In this document: positions 1 to 9,832 of the stretch, one piece after another | Position numbering within the stretch: position 1 is the first letter of the stretch | How the letters are laid out: each line of letters starts with the position of its first letter | NCBI GenBank assembly: GCA_963771465.1 | Contig: CAVYTU010000017.1 | Coordinates: forward strand, 32,001 to 96,000 | Reading direction: 5' to 3' | From: an uncultured delta proteobacterium | Lineage (GTDB): Bacteria; Desulfobacterota; Binatia; UBA9968 | DNA: 64,000 nt | Program-made: the position numbers and the translations under genes | The notes under the pieces: model-generated | The model's database searches: none | What the model was told of the DNA's origin: nothing | The model's input: only the letters and a program-made list of their open reading frames with translations

Positions 1-5
1 CATAT

Positions 6-152
6 AAATCCGAAATCCGAATCGCGAAAACGGCCCCGCGGACCGAGACAAATGGCAAGGAAAATTCAAATAGCCAAATTGGCAACGTCCGAGTTTGGAA
101 TTTGGTTTGTTTTGAACATTTGGATTTGTTTCGGATTTCGAGTTTCGGATTT
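6..152. repeat. ~150-bp imperfect palindromic intergenic element (copy 1) built from AAATCCG/CGGATTT-type heptamers
   Basis: Terminal inverted repeat AAATCCGAAA (6-15) / TTTCGGATTT (143-152). Positions 109-152 match 8557-8600 at 41/44 nt. Confidence 0.8.
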
Positions 153-162
153 GTTTTTGCTT

Positions 163-1173
163 TTAGTTCGTTGCTGTTAACTTCCCCATGACTTCATTCT
201 TGAAAAGCTCTACCGTGCGCAGCGATTCTTCAAGGGACAGATCGCCGAAGGCGAACTGGCCGACGAGATAATTCGCCGCCGATTCATCGAGCTGCGCTTG
301 AAGAAATGTCCGCACGTTATCCGGAGTGCCGGCGACCGCTTGGCCGAGTGCCATCATCTTGTCGAATTCCACAGGTCTTGGATGCGCCGGTGTGCCGCCG
401 AGAAGATAGAACAGAAAATAAAAATGATTGTGCCAGACCGGATAGGCGCGCCGCGCGATGGTCAGCGCTTCCTGATCATTCTCTGCGATGACGATGAAGC
501 GGCTCACGCCGAGCTTCGGCGTCGGCTCGTCGCCATGCAAGGCGTTCCAGACTTGCCGATACTTGTCGTTGTAGCCGCGCGTGTCTTTGGCCGAGTCGAG
601 ACTCATCATGTTCAGGCTTTGCTTGGCGGCGCGCTCGGCGGCTTCCACTGAATGCACGCCGTACCACATGGGCGGGTAGGGTTTTTGCAGCGGTTCGAGC
701 TCCATGGGGATATCTTTGAAGGAAAAGTATTTTCCCTCGAAAGTTAGTTTCTCATGAGTTAGGCCTTGGAGAATCAGCGCGCGCGCTTCGGTGTAAATAT
801 CCTGTGCTTGCGCGGGGTCTTGGCCATAGAACTTGACTTCGGTCGGTGATGAGCCCCGGCCAAAGCCGATTTCCAGACGGCCGCCGCTCATCTGATCGAC
901 CATGCAGATCTCTTCGATCAATCGCAACGGGTGATGCAACGGGAGCGCATATACCATCGGGCCGAAACGCAATCGTTTTGTCCGTTGCGCGATGGCTGAT
1001 AGAAATACGCTCGGCGACGGCGCCAGGCCGATGGGCGTCGAGTGATGTTCGGCGACGTGATACGCGTAGAATCCCGCGCGCTCGTAGGCTTCGATGAGTT
1101 TGAGACGTGCTTCGTAATATTCGTTGAGTGGAAGATCGTTGCGATCCAGATGGTCGAAAATACCAAATTCCAT
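163..1173 (-). CDS. LLM-class (luciferase-like) flavin-dependent oxidoreductase
   Basis: AEHH motif, 'HPLRLIEEICMVDQMSGGRLEIGFGRG' and 'PLQKPYPPMW' are typical of the bacterial luciferase family; 336 aa. Confidence 0.9.
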   Translation of the reverse strand: MEFGIFDHLDRNDLPLNEYYEARLKLIEAYERAGFYAYHVAEHHSTPIGLAPSPSVFLSAIAQRTKRLRFGPMVYALPLHHPLRLIEEICMVDQMSGGRLEIGFGRGSSPTEVKFYGQDPAQAQDIYTEARALILQGLTHEKLTFEGKYFSFKDIPMELEPLQKPYPPMWYGVHSVEAAERAAKQSLNMMSLDSAKDTRGYNDKYRQVWNALHGDEPTPKLGVSRFIVIAENDQEALTIARRAYPVWHNHFYFLFYLLGGTPAHPRPVEFDKMMALGQAVAGTPDNVRTFLQAQLDESAANYLVGQFAFGDLSLEESLRTVELFKNEVMGKLTATN

Positions 1174-1371
1174 ACCAGGCCGGATATATCGTGAATCACG
1201 CGCAAAGCAAAGGCTGAGTATGATTTTGCGCAGGCGGTGTCGCTAGAAAAGATGCGATGCGGTATTGAATAAATCACGGCGTGCAGTCAAATATTGAGAA
1301 ATTCGAATCAGCAGCGTCCGAAACGGCGTCGGTCCCTGGATACCAATGCCAAAAAATACTCAGGAGTTAGT

Positions 1372-2430
1372 ATGATTTTGAAAGTGACTGTCGTCAGTGT
1401 GTTTATTATCGCCCTGTCCGCCATGCGGTTGCCAGTGGAGGCGGCGCAAACAGCGTACTTTCAGGGTAAGACTCTGACATTGCAGGTCGGTGCGCCGGCC
1501 GGCGGTAGGCAGGATCGCATCGCTCGCACTTTGGCCAAGTATTTGACCAAGTATACTCCCGGTGGTCCGGTCTTTTTGATTCAAAACAAAACCGGCGGAC
1601 AGGGAATTCCGGCGATGCTTACGCTAAGCAAGGGGCCCACCGACGGCAGTTTCCTGTCGATGGTTATCTCCTCGTACTTGGAAGCGCCTTATTTCGGCGC
1701 TCCGGGAGCGACTTACGATCCACGAACCTTCGTATACATCGGCGCGCCAAGCACGGGTAAACAGCGCAATTCGCTTTTTATGCATCAACGCTCGGGAATC
1801 AAAACTCTGGACGAGCTGAGAAAGCGCGAAGTCACGCTCGGGGCACAGGGCGTCGGCAACCGCAGTTATCTCTACGCTCGGCTGATCGCCGAGATACTCG
1901 GTCTCAAAGTTCGTTGGGTACTAGGATATGACACGCTGCAGCTTTACGTCGCCTTGGAGCAAGGTGAAATTCAAGGACGTGTGAATGACGCCGCGTCGAT
2001 GATGACCGATCGTCCCGAGTTGTTTAACAAGCGCGAGGTAGTGCCGCTCGTGGCGATGACGCTGCCGGAGGAGTTGCCGCCGGTGAAGCATCCGATCTTT
2101 GACGGGGTCCCGTCCATCATGCAGTTCGCCAAGAGTGACGCGCATAAGAACATTATCCAAAAGATCAACTCCACCGACCGGCTGGGCGCGGCGATGGCCT
2201 TCCCGCCGGGAACTCAAGAGCCGATCCGAAAAATCATCGAAGAAGCGCTGCTCAAAGTCGGCAAAGATCCGGAGTTCCGAAAAGATTGGGAAGAACTGGT
2301 GCTCGAAGGTAACGCATTCGAGCAGATGTTTGGCGGCAAGGAAGTCCTGGAGGACGTCAAGCAGTACACCGACTGGCGCCCGGAAATCCTGACTATGTAT
2401 AAACGGCTGGCGCACGAAGCGCCGAAGTGA
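1372..2430 (+). CDS. TctC/Bug-family (tripartite tricarboxylate transporter) substrate-binding protein
   Basis: AGGAG RBS before ATG 1372; signal peptide; 'YFQGKTLTLQVGAPAGG', 'LGY..ALEQGEIQG' and 'PPGT' TctC-like motifs. Confidence 0.8.
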   Translation: MILKVTVVSVFIIALSAMRLPVEAAQTAYFQGKTLTLQVGAPAGGRQDRIARTLAKYLTKYTPGGPVFLIQNKTGGQGIPAMLTLSKGPTDGSFLSMVISSYLEAPYFGAPGATYDPRTFVYIGAPSTGKQRNSLFMHQRSGIKTLDELRKREVTLGAQGVGNRSYLYARLIAEILGLKVRWVLGYDTLQLYVALEQGEIQGRVNDAASMMTDRPELFNKREVVPLVAMTLPEELPPVKHPIFDGVPSIMQFAKSDAHKNIIQKINSTDRLGAAMAFPPGTQEPIRKIIEEALLKVGKDPEFRKDWEELVLEGNAFEQMFGGKEVLEDVKQYTDWRPEILTMYKRLAHEAPK

Positions 2431-2482
2431 TTGGCGACGGCTGCGGCGCTACCGCACCTCCGTTTTTGTTTCGTCGGAGCCT

Positions 2483-3637
2483 ATGAACATACCGACCCTC
2501 GATGAGATCGATCGGATCGCCGGGCACAGCGATCCGATCCTCCGTAATCTCCAGATCACGCAGTGCTATCACGAGATCTCTCAGTGCGTCGCCAAACTCA
2601 TCGGCGCTTCTGCCAATTGGTGCACGTTCGCGACCTGGGCCTCGAAACAGGCCGGACAAACCATCCGCCAAGAAGATTTAGTCCGCGCCTTCGAGGAGCG
2701 GTTCAATCTTTCGAGCGAGATTTCAGCCGCGCTGGAGGGCATTTCCGGCCATCTCAAAAGCATCGGCGCCAAATTGCATACCCGAGTCCCCAGAGGTGCG
2801 ATTCTCCGGGCGCTCAATCCCGCCGCGGCGTTCGCCCGCGCCGGCGATGCCGTCGCCCGCGGCAACAAGAAAGTCTTCGAGGAAATTGGCCGAGAGTTCG
2901 CTCGCTTTCATGGTCTCTTTCGCGATGACACTATTCTCGATCGCGATAAGACGGCGCGCTTTTGTGCCGCGCTCCGTCCCGGCGAGCCACCGGACGGACA
3001 ACGGCTTCTGCGTGATGCATTCACGATCGAATGCGAGGCCCGCTTCCAAACCGGCAAAGAAAAAGCCGAGCTGATCTTGCTGGCCAACCTTTGCGCTGGT
3101 TTTCACGAGCAGATCAGGCTGCAACCCGAAATCGCCGAGGCGCTTAACGCGACGCTCGGTGATTCCGACGAGGTGAAGCACAATCTGTTGGTGAGCCTGG
3201 TGCCTGGATTAAAGCGTGGTGCGCGTTGGAGCGCGCTGCTGCGCCGCGGGACGGATGATCTGGATCGAGTCTTTGCCCGGCTTATCGAAGCGGTAAACCA
3301 GCTGATTCGCCAAGTCATTACCGATCACTTGATGACGCTTCACTTGTCCGGTACGGAAGTGCTACGCCTTGGACGGGACTTGTCGGGTAAATTCCCCGAG
3401 TTGCTGACCCAAATCGGCAGTGCAAGGTTGGAAGAAATGCTGGCCCGGATCGACTTGACTCCGAACAGCCTGACCGCCAGCGGCGCAAAGGATTGGGCCG
3501 ACTTTCCCGATCGCATGCACTTCATCGCGGACTTCTTTCGCACCTACCAGGATCGGCAAGAACTCTTTGCGGCGCCGTTTACGAGCCGGCAGGTGGCTCT
3601 GATAAAGTTGGGTGAACGGCCCGATGGAGATCTTTAG
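2483..3637 (+). CDS. Conserved hypothetical helical protein, DUF2515-like
   Basis: Motif series RNxxITxxY, WCTFATWASKQAG, GNKKVFxEI, HEQxxLQP, DRMxFI, recalled as DUF2515-like; GGAG RBS. Confidence 0.55.
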   Translation: MNIPTLDEIDRIAGHSDPILRNLQITQCYHEISQCVAKLIGASANWCTFATWASKQAGQTIRQEDLVRAFEERFNLSSEISAALEGISGHLKSIGAKLHTRVPRGAILRALNPAAAFARAGDAVARGNKKVFEEIGREFARFHGLFRDDTILDRDKTARFCAALRPGEPPDGQRLLRDAFTIECEARFQTGKEKAELILLANLCAGFHEQIRLQPEIAEALNATLGDSDEVKHNLLVSLVPGLKRGARWSALLRRGTDDLDRVFARLIEAVNQLIRQVITDHLMTLHLSGTEVLRLGRDLSGKFPELLTQIGSARLEEMLARIDLTPNSLTASGAKDWADFPDRMHFIADFFRTYQDRQELFAAPFTSRQVALIKLGERPDGDL

Positions 3638-3737
3638 ACGCGGTTCATGACATTAACTCGACGTCGTAGTTCTCAAAATTGACCCAATCCTACAGCGCAA
3701 ACGTGCTGCCGACGCGCCTCAACGGGGATTGAGCCGA

Positions 3738-4109
3738 CTATTTGTCGAGATACTCTCTAATGGAAGCGGCAAGCGTTCTTGTGTCGATGGGCTTGGGAAT
3801 GAAACCATCGCAACCGGCGGCGATAATTCGCTTGTCATCTTCCGTTGAGGCATACGCAGAGATAGCAACAATCTTGATGTGTCGCGATACCATATCTGAT
3901 CTAAGCAGCTTCGTCAGCGCCAAGCCGTCCAAGCTGGGCAGATGGATGTCCATCAAGATCAGGTCGGGCTTGGAGGCTTGGACCGCTTGAAGAGCTTCGG
4001 TCGCATTGGCGGCAACCAGCACTTGATATCCTTCGCGCTCGAGCATCAACTGCATGAGTTTTATACTGACGGGTTGGTCATCTACGACCGAGATGGATTC
4101 ATGTGCCAT
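3738..4109 (-). CDS. Single-domain response regulator (CheY/DivK-like)
   Basis: VVDD, 'PDLILMDIHLP', 'ISA' and 'FIPKP' receiver motifs; 123 aa. Confidence 0.92.
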   Translation of the reverse strand: MAHESISVVDDQPVSIKLMQLMLEREGYQVLVAANATEALQAVQASKPDLILMDIHLPSLDGLALTKLLRSDMVSRHIKIVAISAYASTEDDKRIIAAGCDGFIPKPIDTRTLAASIREYLDK

Positions 4110-4449
4110 GGCTGCTCATTCACTTGCTTCGGCACCACGTTAACGACGTGAGCATTTGGAGATGACCGAATATAGCCCACGCAAGGCATTAGTTTTGTAC
4201 CTTGAGAATCGAAAAGGAAGGTTGCGACGATCGTGCGAAGCTCCAAAGATAGGGAAAACCTATTTTGTTGTTTCGCGAAGAGGTCAATAAGTTTGCCTGA
4301 CAGCTATTGATACGATAGACAATTTCTAAAATCCATGATCAAAGGACACAAATTGCATCTGATTGACCCTACCATGGCTTCTAGATTCGATCGGCTGTCG
4401 GAAAACTATGAAGAGATTTTTTGAAGAAGTAGCTTGCTAGGAGGATTGA

Positions 4450-5841
4450 GTGATTGACGATTCGTTATTGACTCCAGAAAGCGTCGCGATCGTTGGCGCA
4501 ACCAACGCCGGCGAAAAACGCGGCAACTCGACCATCCGCTTTCTAAAGAGAGCGGAGTTTCGCGGCACCATTTATCCGGTGAACCCTAAGTACCAAGAGG
4601 TTGCCGGCTACCGGTGTTATGCGAGCTTGAATGAGATTCCCGGTTCCGTAGACCATGTCGTCTGCTGTCTTCCAGCTCATGAAGTTCCGGCGCTGGCTAA
4701 AGAATGTGTTGCGAAAGGCGTCAAGCTGCTGCACATCTACACCGCTGGGTTCAGCGAAACCAGAATTCCCGAGCGTATCGAACTGGAGCAGCAAGTGGTC
4801 GACATTGCCAGGCGGGGCGGGTTGCGTGTTCTCGGTCCAAACTGCATGGGCGTTTATCGCCCAAGTGCCGGTCTTACGTTCAACACTCATTCACCCAAGG
4901 ATGCGGGAGGAGTTTCCGTGATTTCACAGAGTGGCGGCAATGCCAGCGATTTGGGCCGCATGGCATCCGTGCGCGGGCTGCGTTTCAACACCGTCGTCAG
5001 CTACGGCAATGCAGCCGACATCAATGAAACGGAACTACTGCAATTTCTCGGACGCGATCCGCAAACGAAAGTGATCGGAGCTTTCATTGAAGGCGTGCGC
5101 GACATGGGTGCCTTTCACCAAACGTTGTCCGAAGTAAGCCGCGCCAAACCGGTGGTCATGCTTAAAGGCGGCACGACCGACGCAGGCGCTAGAGCGGTAG
5201 CCGCGCACACGGGAGCCCCGGCATCGCGCGAAGCTTGGCAGGCCGTGTGGACGCAGACCAACGCGGTGCCGGTCACTTGCATGGAAGAGTTGATGGACGT
5301 GCTTCTCGCCTTCCAGTCGGTCACGACTCCCGCCGGCAGAAAGGTGGGTGTTGTTGGAATCGGCGGCGGTGACGCGATTCAGGCGGCCGATGACTTGGAG
5401 CACGCCGGACTGATCGTGCCCGAGCTGAGAAAAGAAACCCAGCTCGCGTTGCGCGAGTTTACGCCCCTTCCCGGAACCAGCGTCAACAATCCGCTTGATC
5501 TTAATGTCATGCGGCGCTCCCGAGAGCTGCAAAGAATCTTGCGACTTGTCGCTGGCGAGCCGGCGATTGATGTTTTGATCGTGGTCCTGCGTGTCGATCA
5601 AACCATGGGAAACCCCAAAGGAGAGAAAACCCTAAATGAAATGATCGAAACGGTGGAAAATTTTCATGTCAATTGTGCGAAGCCCATGATCGTTGTCTGC
5701 CGGGCGTTGGGATCGATTGATGCCTTCGCGGCAGGGCTCCAATTACAACAAACCTGCGACCGCTTGGGAATTCCCGTCTATCCTTCCATTACACGCGCCG
5801 CTCACGCTTTGGGCAAGTTTATGGGCTATGTCGCCGCTTAA
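4450..5841 (+). CDS. ADP-forming acyl-CoA synthetase alpha-subunit-like CoA-binding protein
   Basis: 'PESVAIVGAT', 'YPVNP', 'GPNCMG', 'SQSGG', 'SYGNAAD', phospho-His 'AHTGA' and 'NNPLD'; GAGGA RBS before GTG. Confidence 0.88.
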   Translation: MIDDSLLTPESVAIVGATNAGEKRGNSTIRFLKRAEFRGTIYPVNPKYQEVAGYRCYASLNEIPGSVDHVVCCLPAHEVPALAKECVAKGVKLLHIYTAGFSETRIPERIELEQQVVDIARRGGLRVLGPNCMGVYRPSAGLTFNTHSPKDAGGVSVISQSGGNASDLGRMASVRGLRFNTVVSYGNAADINETELLQFLGRDPQTKVIGAFIEGVRDMGAFHQTLSEVSRAKPVVMLKGGTTDAGARAVAAHTGAPASREAWQAVWTQTNAVPVTCMEELMDVLLAFQSVTTPAGRKVGVVGIGGGDAIQAADDLEHAGLIVPELRKETQLALREFTPLPGTSVNNPLDLNVMRRSRELQRILRLVAGEPAIDVLIVVLRVDQTMGNPKGEKTLNEMIETVENFHVNCAKPMIVVCRALGSIDAFAAGLQLQQTCDRLGIPVYPSITRAAHALGKFMGYVAA

Positions 5842-5918
5842 GTGATTGACGAGGGAGCCATTGACGCGAGACGGCGGGTGTCGCTTTAATATCATGTCCG
5901 GTTGATTTGCCGCGCACG

Positions 5919-7523
5919 TTATCGGAGCTCGACGATGACGCTTTCATCGCTGCGCAGTTGGAGGTCGTCGCCCAATTGCTCTTGGTTCCGATCGAGATGA
6001 GTTGAAAGCAGTAAAACGGCCTGTGCGTCGAGCGTGCTCAGGTCAAAGCTCCTCGCTTGCGAAACGAAGTTGAGAACGATCAAAAGTCTGCGCTCATCCG
6101 CCTTGCGCACGTAGGCCATCACGTCATCGACTACCGGGAGCGAGGCGAATGCTCCCACGGACAACGCCGGCTCTGCCCGGCGCAGCTCGATGAGGCGATG
6201 ATAGAGCGTGAGCGTCGAGTTGGGTTGCTCGCGCAATGCCGCCACATTGTTAGTTGTGAAATCAGCAGCGAGCGGCAGCCAGGGCGAGCCCGTCGTAAAG
6301 CCCGCACCATGGCCGGCGGTCCACTGCATTGGCGTGCGCACCGGATCGCGACCGAGGCCGAGACCGGGAACGTTTTTCTCGAAGGGATCGCGCACCTGAT
6401 CCGGTGGGATCGACACATCGTGCATGCCGATTTCATCGCCGTAGTATAGCGTTGGTGTGCCGCGCAGAGTCAGCAGCAACATCGCCGCCACGCGCGCCTG
6501 CGCGGCGCCGATCCGGGTGGCGATGCGCGGTTTGTCGTGATTGCCGAGTACCCAGTTTGGCCAGGCATACGACGGCAGGATCGCTTCGTAGCGCTCGACC
6601 GCAGCGGCAACTTCTTTTGCATTCCATGGCAGCCGGATGAGTTGAAAATTAAACGGCAGGTGCGCTCCCTTGCCGCTTGCGCCGTAGTAGGCCATCAGCC
6701 GCTCCAGTGGAAGATAAATCTCGCCGACTAACATGCGATCGTCATATTCGTCGATCACCGCGCGCATCATTGCGACAATTCCTTGCACTTCCGGCAGATC
6801 CACCGAGTAGGTCGTGAGCAGCTCGCGATATGGCGACATGCCCGGGCGAAAATCCGGGTTGGTCGGATTGTCGCGATACAGCGTGTCTTTCGCGAGATGG
6901 TGCATGACGTCGACGCGGAAGCCATCGACGCCCCGAGTGAGCCAAAAACGCAGTACATCGAGCATCGCTCGTTGCACTTCGACATTGCGCCAGTTGAGAT
7001 CGGGCTGCTCTTTAAGAAACGCGTGGTAATAATATTGCCCGGTCTGCTCGTCCCATGTCCACGCCGCGCCACCGAAGTTGGACCGCCAGTTATTCGGCGG
7101 CCCGCCGCCTTGGGCGGGATCGCGCCAGATATACCAGTCCCGATTCGCGCTCAAGCGAGAAGATCTCGACTCGATGAACCATGGATGGCGATCCGAAGTA
7201 TGATTGGGAACATAGTCCAGCAGCAGCTTCATGCCGCGCGCATGCACGTCGGCTAGCAACGCGTCGAAGTCTGCCAGTGAGCCGAAAATTGGATCGATGT
7301 CGATGTAGTCGCTGACGTCGTAACCGAAATCGGCCATTGGCGACGGATAGATCGGCGAAATCCAAATCGCGTCCACGCCGAGCCATTGCAAGTAATCGAG
7401 CCTCTGGCGAATCCCCTGCAGATCGCCGATGCCGTCACCGTTGCTGTCCATAAACGAGCGCGGGTAGATTTGATAAACGATACCGCGCTCCCACCAGCGA
7501 AATGACTGTGCGGTTGAGTTCAT
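5919..7523 (-). CDS. GH13 alpha-glucosidase / oligo-1,6-glucosidase family
   Basis: 'YQIYPRSF.DSNGDGIGDL', 'VPNHTS', 'GVDGFRVD', 'VGE' and 'GNHD' GH13 conserved regions. Confidence 0.93.
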   Translation of the reverse strand: MNSTAQSFRWWERGIVYQIYPRSFMDSNGDGIGDLQGIRQRLDYLQWLGVDAIWISPIYPSPMADFGYDVSDYIDIDPIFGSLADFDALLADVHARGMKLLLDYVPNHTSDRHPWFIESRSSRLSANRDWYIWRDPAQGGGPPNNWRSNFGGAAWTWDEQTGQYYYHAFLKEQPDLNWRNVEVQRAMLDVLRFWLTRGVDGFRVDVMHHLAKDTLYRDNPTNPDFRPGMSPYRELLTTYSVDLPEVQGIVAMMRAVIDEYDDRMLVGEIYLPLERLMAYYGASGKGAHLPFNFQLIRLPWNAKEVAAAVERYEAILPSYAWPNWVLGNHDKPRIATRIGAAQARVAAMLLLTLRGTPTLYYGDEIGMHDVSIPPDQVRDPFEKNVPGLGLGRDPVRTPMQWTAGHGAGFTTGSPWLPLAADFTTNNVAALREQPNSTLTLYHRLIELRRAEPALSVGAFASLPVVDDVMAYVRKADERRLLIVLNFVSQARSFDLSTLDAQAVLLLSTHLDRNQEQLGDDLQLRSDESVIVELR

Positions 7524-7590
7524 TTAATCTTGACGATCGCCGATGCTCGTGCCAGCGATCCGACTGCTGGGTTTTTCTAACAACGACGGT

Positions 7591-8406
7591 TCAGATAATC
7601 GACCGCGTCGGCTTCGCCGCACCGGGAAACAAGCCATGCTTGGTGAGAAATTCGATCATAAAGCGGTCAAAGAGCCAAGGTTGTTCGATCTGACAGGCGT
7701 GGCCGGCGCCGGGTAAAACTTTCAACTCGCAGTTGGGGACGCGGGCTTGGAGGGCGAAGGAACTCGGATGACTGCCGTCTTCGCTGCCGGTGAGGATGAT
7801 CATCGGGCAGGCGATGCGCTCGTGATGGCCTTCCGGATAGGGCTGGGCGAGCGCTCGGAACTGGTGGATGATGGTTTCGGCATCGGCGTGTTCATTGCGC
7901 TCGCTGAACATGTTAGCGAAGAAATGCGCCAATGGTGTTACGCGAAACGCTGCGCTCATGTCTTCGAAGGTGTAGCGCCAGCGGTATGCGACGCCCTCTG
8001 CGGTGTAATTGTCGATGCGCTTCTTGGTGAACTCTTTAGTCGGGTTGTAGCCGGTGCCGCAGAGCACGAGCGCCGCTGTTTTGGTCGGGCGCTGGTGATA
8101 CATGAAGGGCGCGATCGACGAGCCCACCGAGCAGCCCGCTAGAATCGCGGTTTCGCCTGGGCATGCGTCATCAATCGCTTCCCAACAAGCCTGGGCCATG
8201 TCGTTCATGGTCAACCCGGCGTCGGCTTTTGGCGAGCGCCCGTAACCCGGAATATCGATGGCGATGCAGCGGTACCAAGTCGACAAATGCGCCATTTGAA
8301 AAATCCAGCAAGACTGATCCATGGGATTGGGATGAATAAATGCGATCACCGGGCCGCTGCGTCCCATGCGTTCGTAGTAAAGCGTTCCTTGGATGTGTGT
8401 GGCCAT
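7591..8406 (-). CDS. Alpha/beta-fold hydrolase
   Basis: 'D.PGYGRS', nucleophile elbow GCSVG, 'GSED' and 'GAGH'; GGAGG RBS before ATG 8406. Confidence 0.88.
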   Translation of the reverse strand: MATHIQGTLYYERMGRSGPVIAFIHPNPMDQSCWIFQMAHLSTWYRCIAIDIPGYGRSPKADAGLTMNDMAQACWEAIDDACPGETAILAGCSVGSSIAPFMYHQRPTKTAALVLCGTGYNPTKEFTKKRIDNYTAEGVAYRWRYTFEDMSAAFRVTPLAHFFANMFSERNEHADAETIIHQFRALAQPYPEGHHERIACPMIILTGSEDGSHPSSFALQARVPNCELKVLPGAGHACQIEQPWLFDRFMIEFLTKHGLFPGAAKPTRSII

Positions 8407-8444
8407 AATGGCCTCCCTCAATTGTAGCAGAAATAGTTGCTAAA

Positions 8445-8600
8445 AAATCCGCAATCCCGAATATCTAAATTCGAAGCAAACTCAGACAAGAGTAAATCTC
8501 AATTCAGAAAATTCAAAACGTTGAATTCGAATGATCCTCGATTGGAATCTCGCCTGGTTTTGAGCATTTGGATTTGTTTCGGATTTCGAGCTTCGAATTT
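8445..8600. repeat. ~150-bp imperfect palindromic intergenic element (copy 2)
   Basis: AAATCCGCAA left end and a right arm GGATTTGTTTCGGATTTCGAG; right arm 41/44 identical to 109-152. Confidence 0.8.
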
Positions 8601-8609
8601 TTCGTTCAG

Positions 8610-9692
8610 CTAGACCTTGAACGGATTTTCTTTGCCGAGCCCGCTCATCAATCCGGGTTGCGTCCCTTTGTTCAACGATTGAGCGAGATCAACCAAGTAA
8701 TCCTCCTGTTGGATTGCTTCGTACATCGCCATGGAGCCGTCCGCTTGCAGCGGTTTGCCGCCGATGAAGTGAAATGAATGGCAGTCCCAGTCGTAGAACT
8801 CATCGCCGCGGCTGCATATCTCTTTCCATCTGATGCCGACGGGGCTGCGATGCAAGCCTGTGCGTGCCGGCAGCGCCTCCTGCTGTTCGATGGTTAGATT
8901 CAAGTCTGCTTTGTAACCGGCTTCTTCGGGGATTCCATCCCACATGCGTCGGTAGTTAGGCAGGAACTCTTCGTCGCGAACCGTCAGCGCGGTGTGCATG
9001 TCCCACCAGGTGCCGTGGCCGGAAACGCGCTCGTCGACTCTATCGACTAATTTGTAAACGAGGCGTCCTTTGGCGCGCAGGCGCAACACTAACGTGCCCT
9101 CGGCGGTCTTAAAGTCTTGCTCCGGTTCGATGCCGCAATATTTTTCGAAGAAGGCGGCCGTTTTTGCCAGGTCGCGAGTACCGTAGACGGCATGGCTGAT
9201 GCGACCGACTTTTTCTTCCGTGGCGATCTCCATGGCACCCTCCGGCATATCCACGGGCGCCCAGAATTCGAATTGGTTGCCGTCCGGATCGGCGAAATAA
9301 ATTACCGTCCCGTCCTCGCCGTCGGCGGCGATACGGATCGGATCGGTGTGCGGAATTCGACGGCCGTCGAGCCGGCGCAGGTGATCGTTGATGTCCTGCG
9401 GTCGGATGTAGAAACCGCAGCGCGGCAGATCTTTTCCCAATTCCTTTGCCGGCGGATAAATCTCCGGCTGAAGGAAGGCGCCGATGCGGCACGAGCCGCC
9501 TTCCCACCAGAGGAAGCTGGTGATCTTGATATTGCGTTTTCGCGCCGCGGTGGTGAGTCCGATAATCGGCCGTCGAGTGATGCCGGTAGCACCCACCGCC
9601 CAATCGACCCATGCGCCCATATCGTTGGTGCCGACGACGAAGTGATCGATCCAGTGAACTGCACCTTTGGGTTCGATATCATTCATGGCCAA
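8610..9692 (-). CDS. Two-domain VOC (glyoxalase/extradiol dioxygenase superfamily) protein
   Basis: 'IDHFVV', 'IYFADPDGNQFEF' and second-domain 'ISHAVY..RDL.KTAAFF'; AAGGAG RBS. Confidence 0.75.
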   Translation of the reverse strand: MAMNDIEPKGAVHWIDHFVVGTNDMGAWVDWAVGATGITRRPIIGLTTAARKRNIKITSFLWWEGGSCRIGAFLQPEIYPPAKELGKDLPRCGFYIRPQDINDHLRRLDGRRIPHTDPIRIAADGEDGTVIYFADPDGNQFEFWAPVDMPEGAMEIATEEKVGRISHAVYGTRDLAKTAAFFEKYCGIEPEQDFKTAEGTLVLRLRAKGRLVYKLVDRVDERVSGHGTWWDMHTALTVRDEEFLPNYRRMWDGIPEEAGYKADLNLTIEQQEALPARTGLHRSPVGIRWKEICSRGDEFYDWDCHSFHFIGGKPLQADGSMAMYEAIQQEDYLVDLAQSLNKGTQPGLMSGLGKENPFKV

Positions 9693-9832
9693 TGCTCCTT
9701 TTTGATTAAAAGGAAAACGTGGGTCTAATACGGTTTAGTCGTTCCAAATTTTCCAAGGCAAATTTGCTCTGTCGCGAGCGGTACCAAACGTCTAGATTCG
9801 TGTCAAGTGAGTTTCTGATTTGCCTTGGGTTC

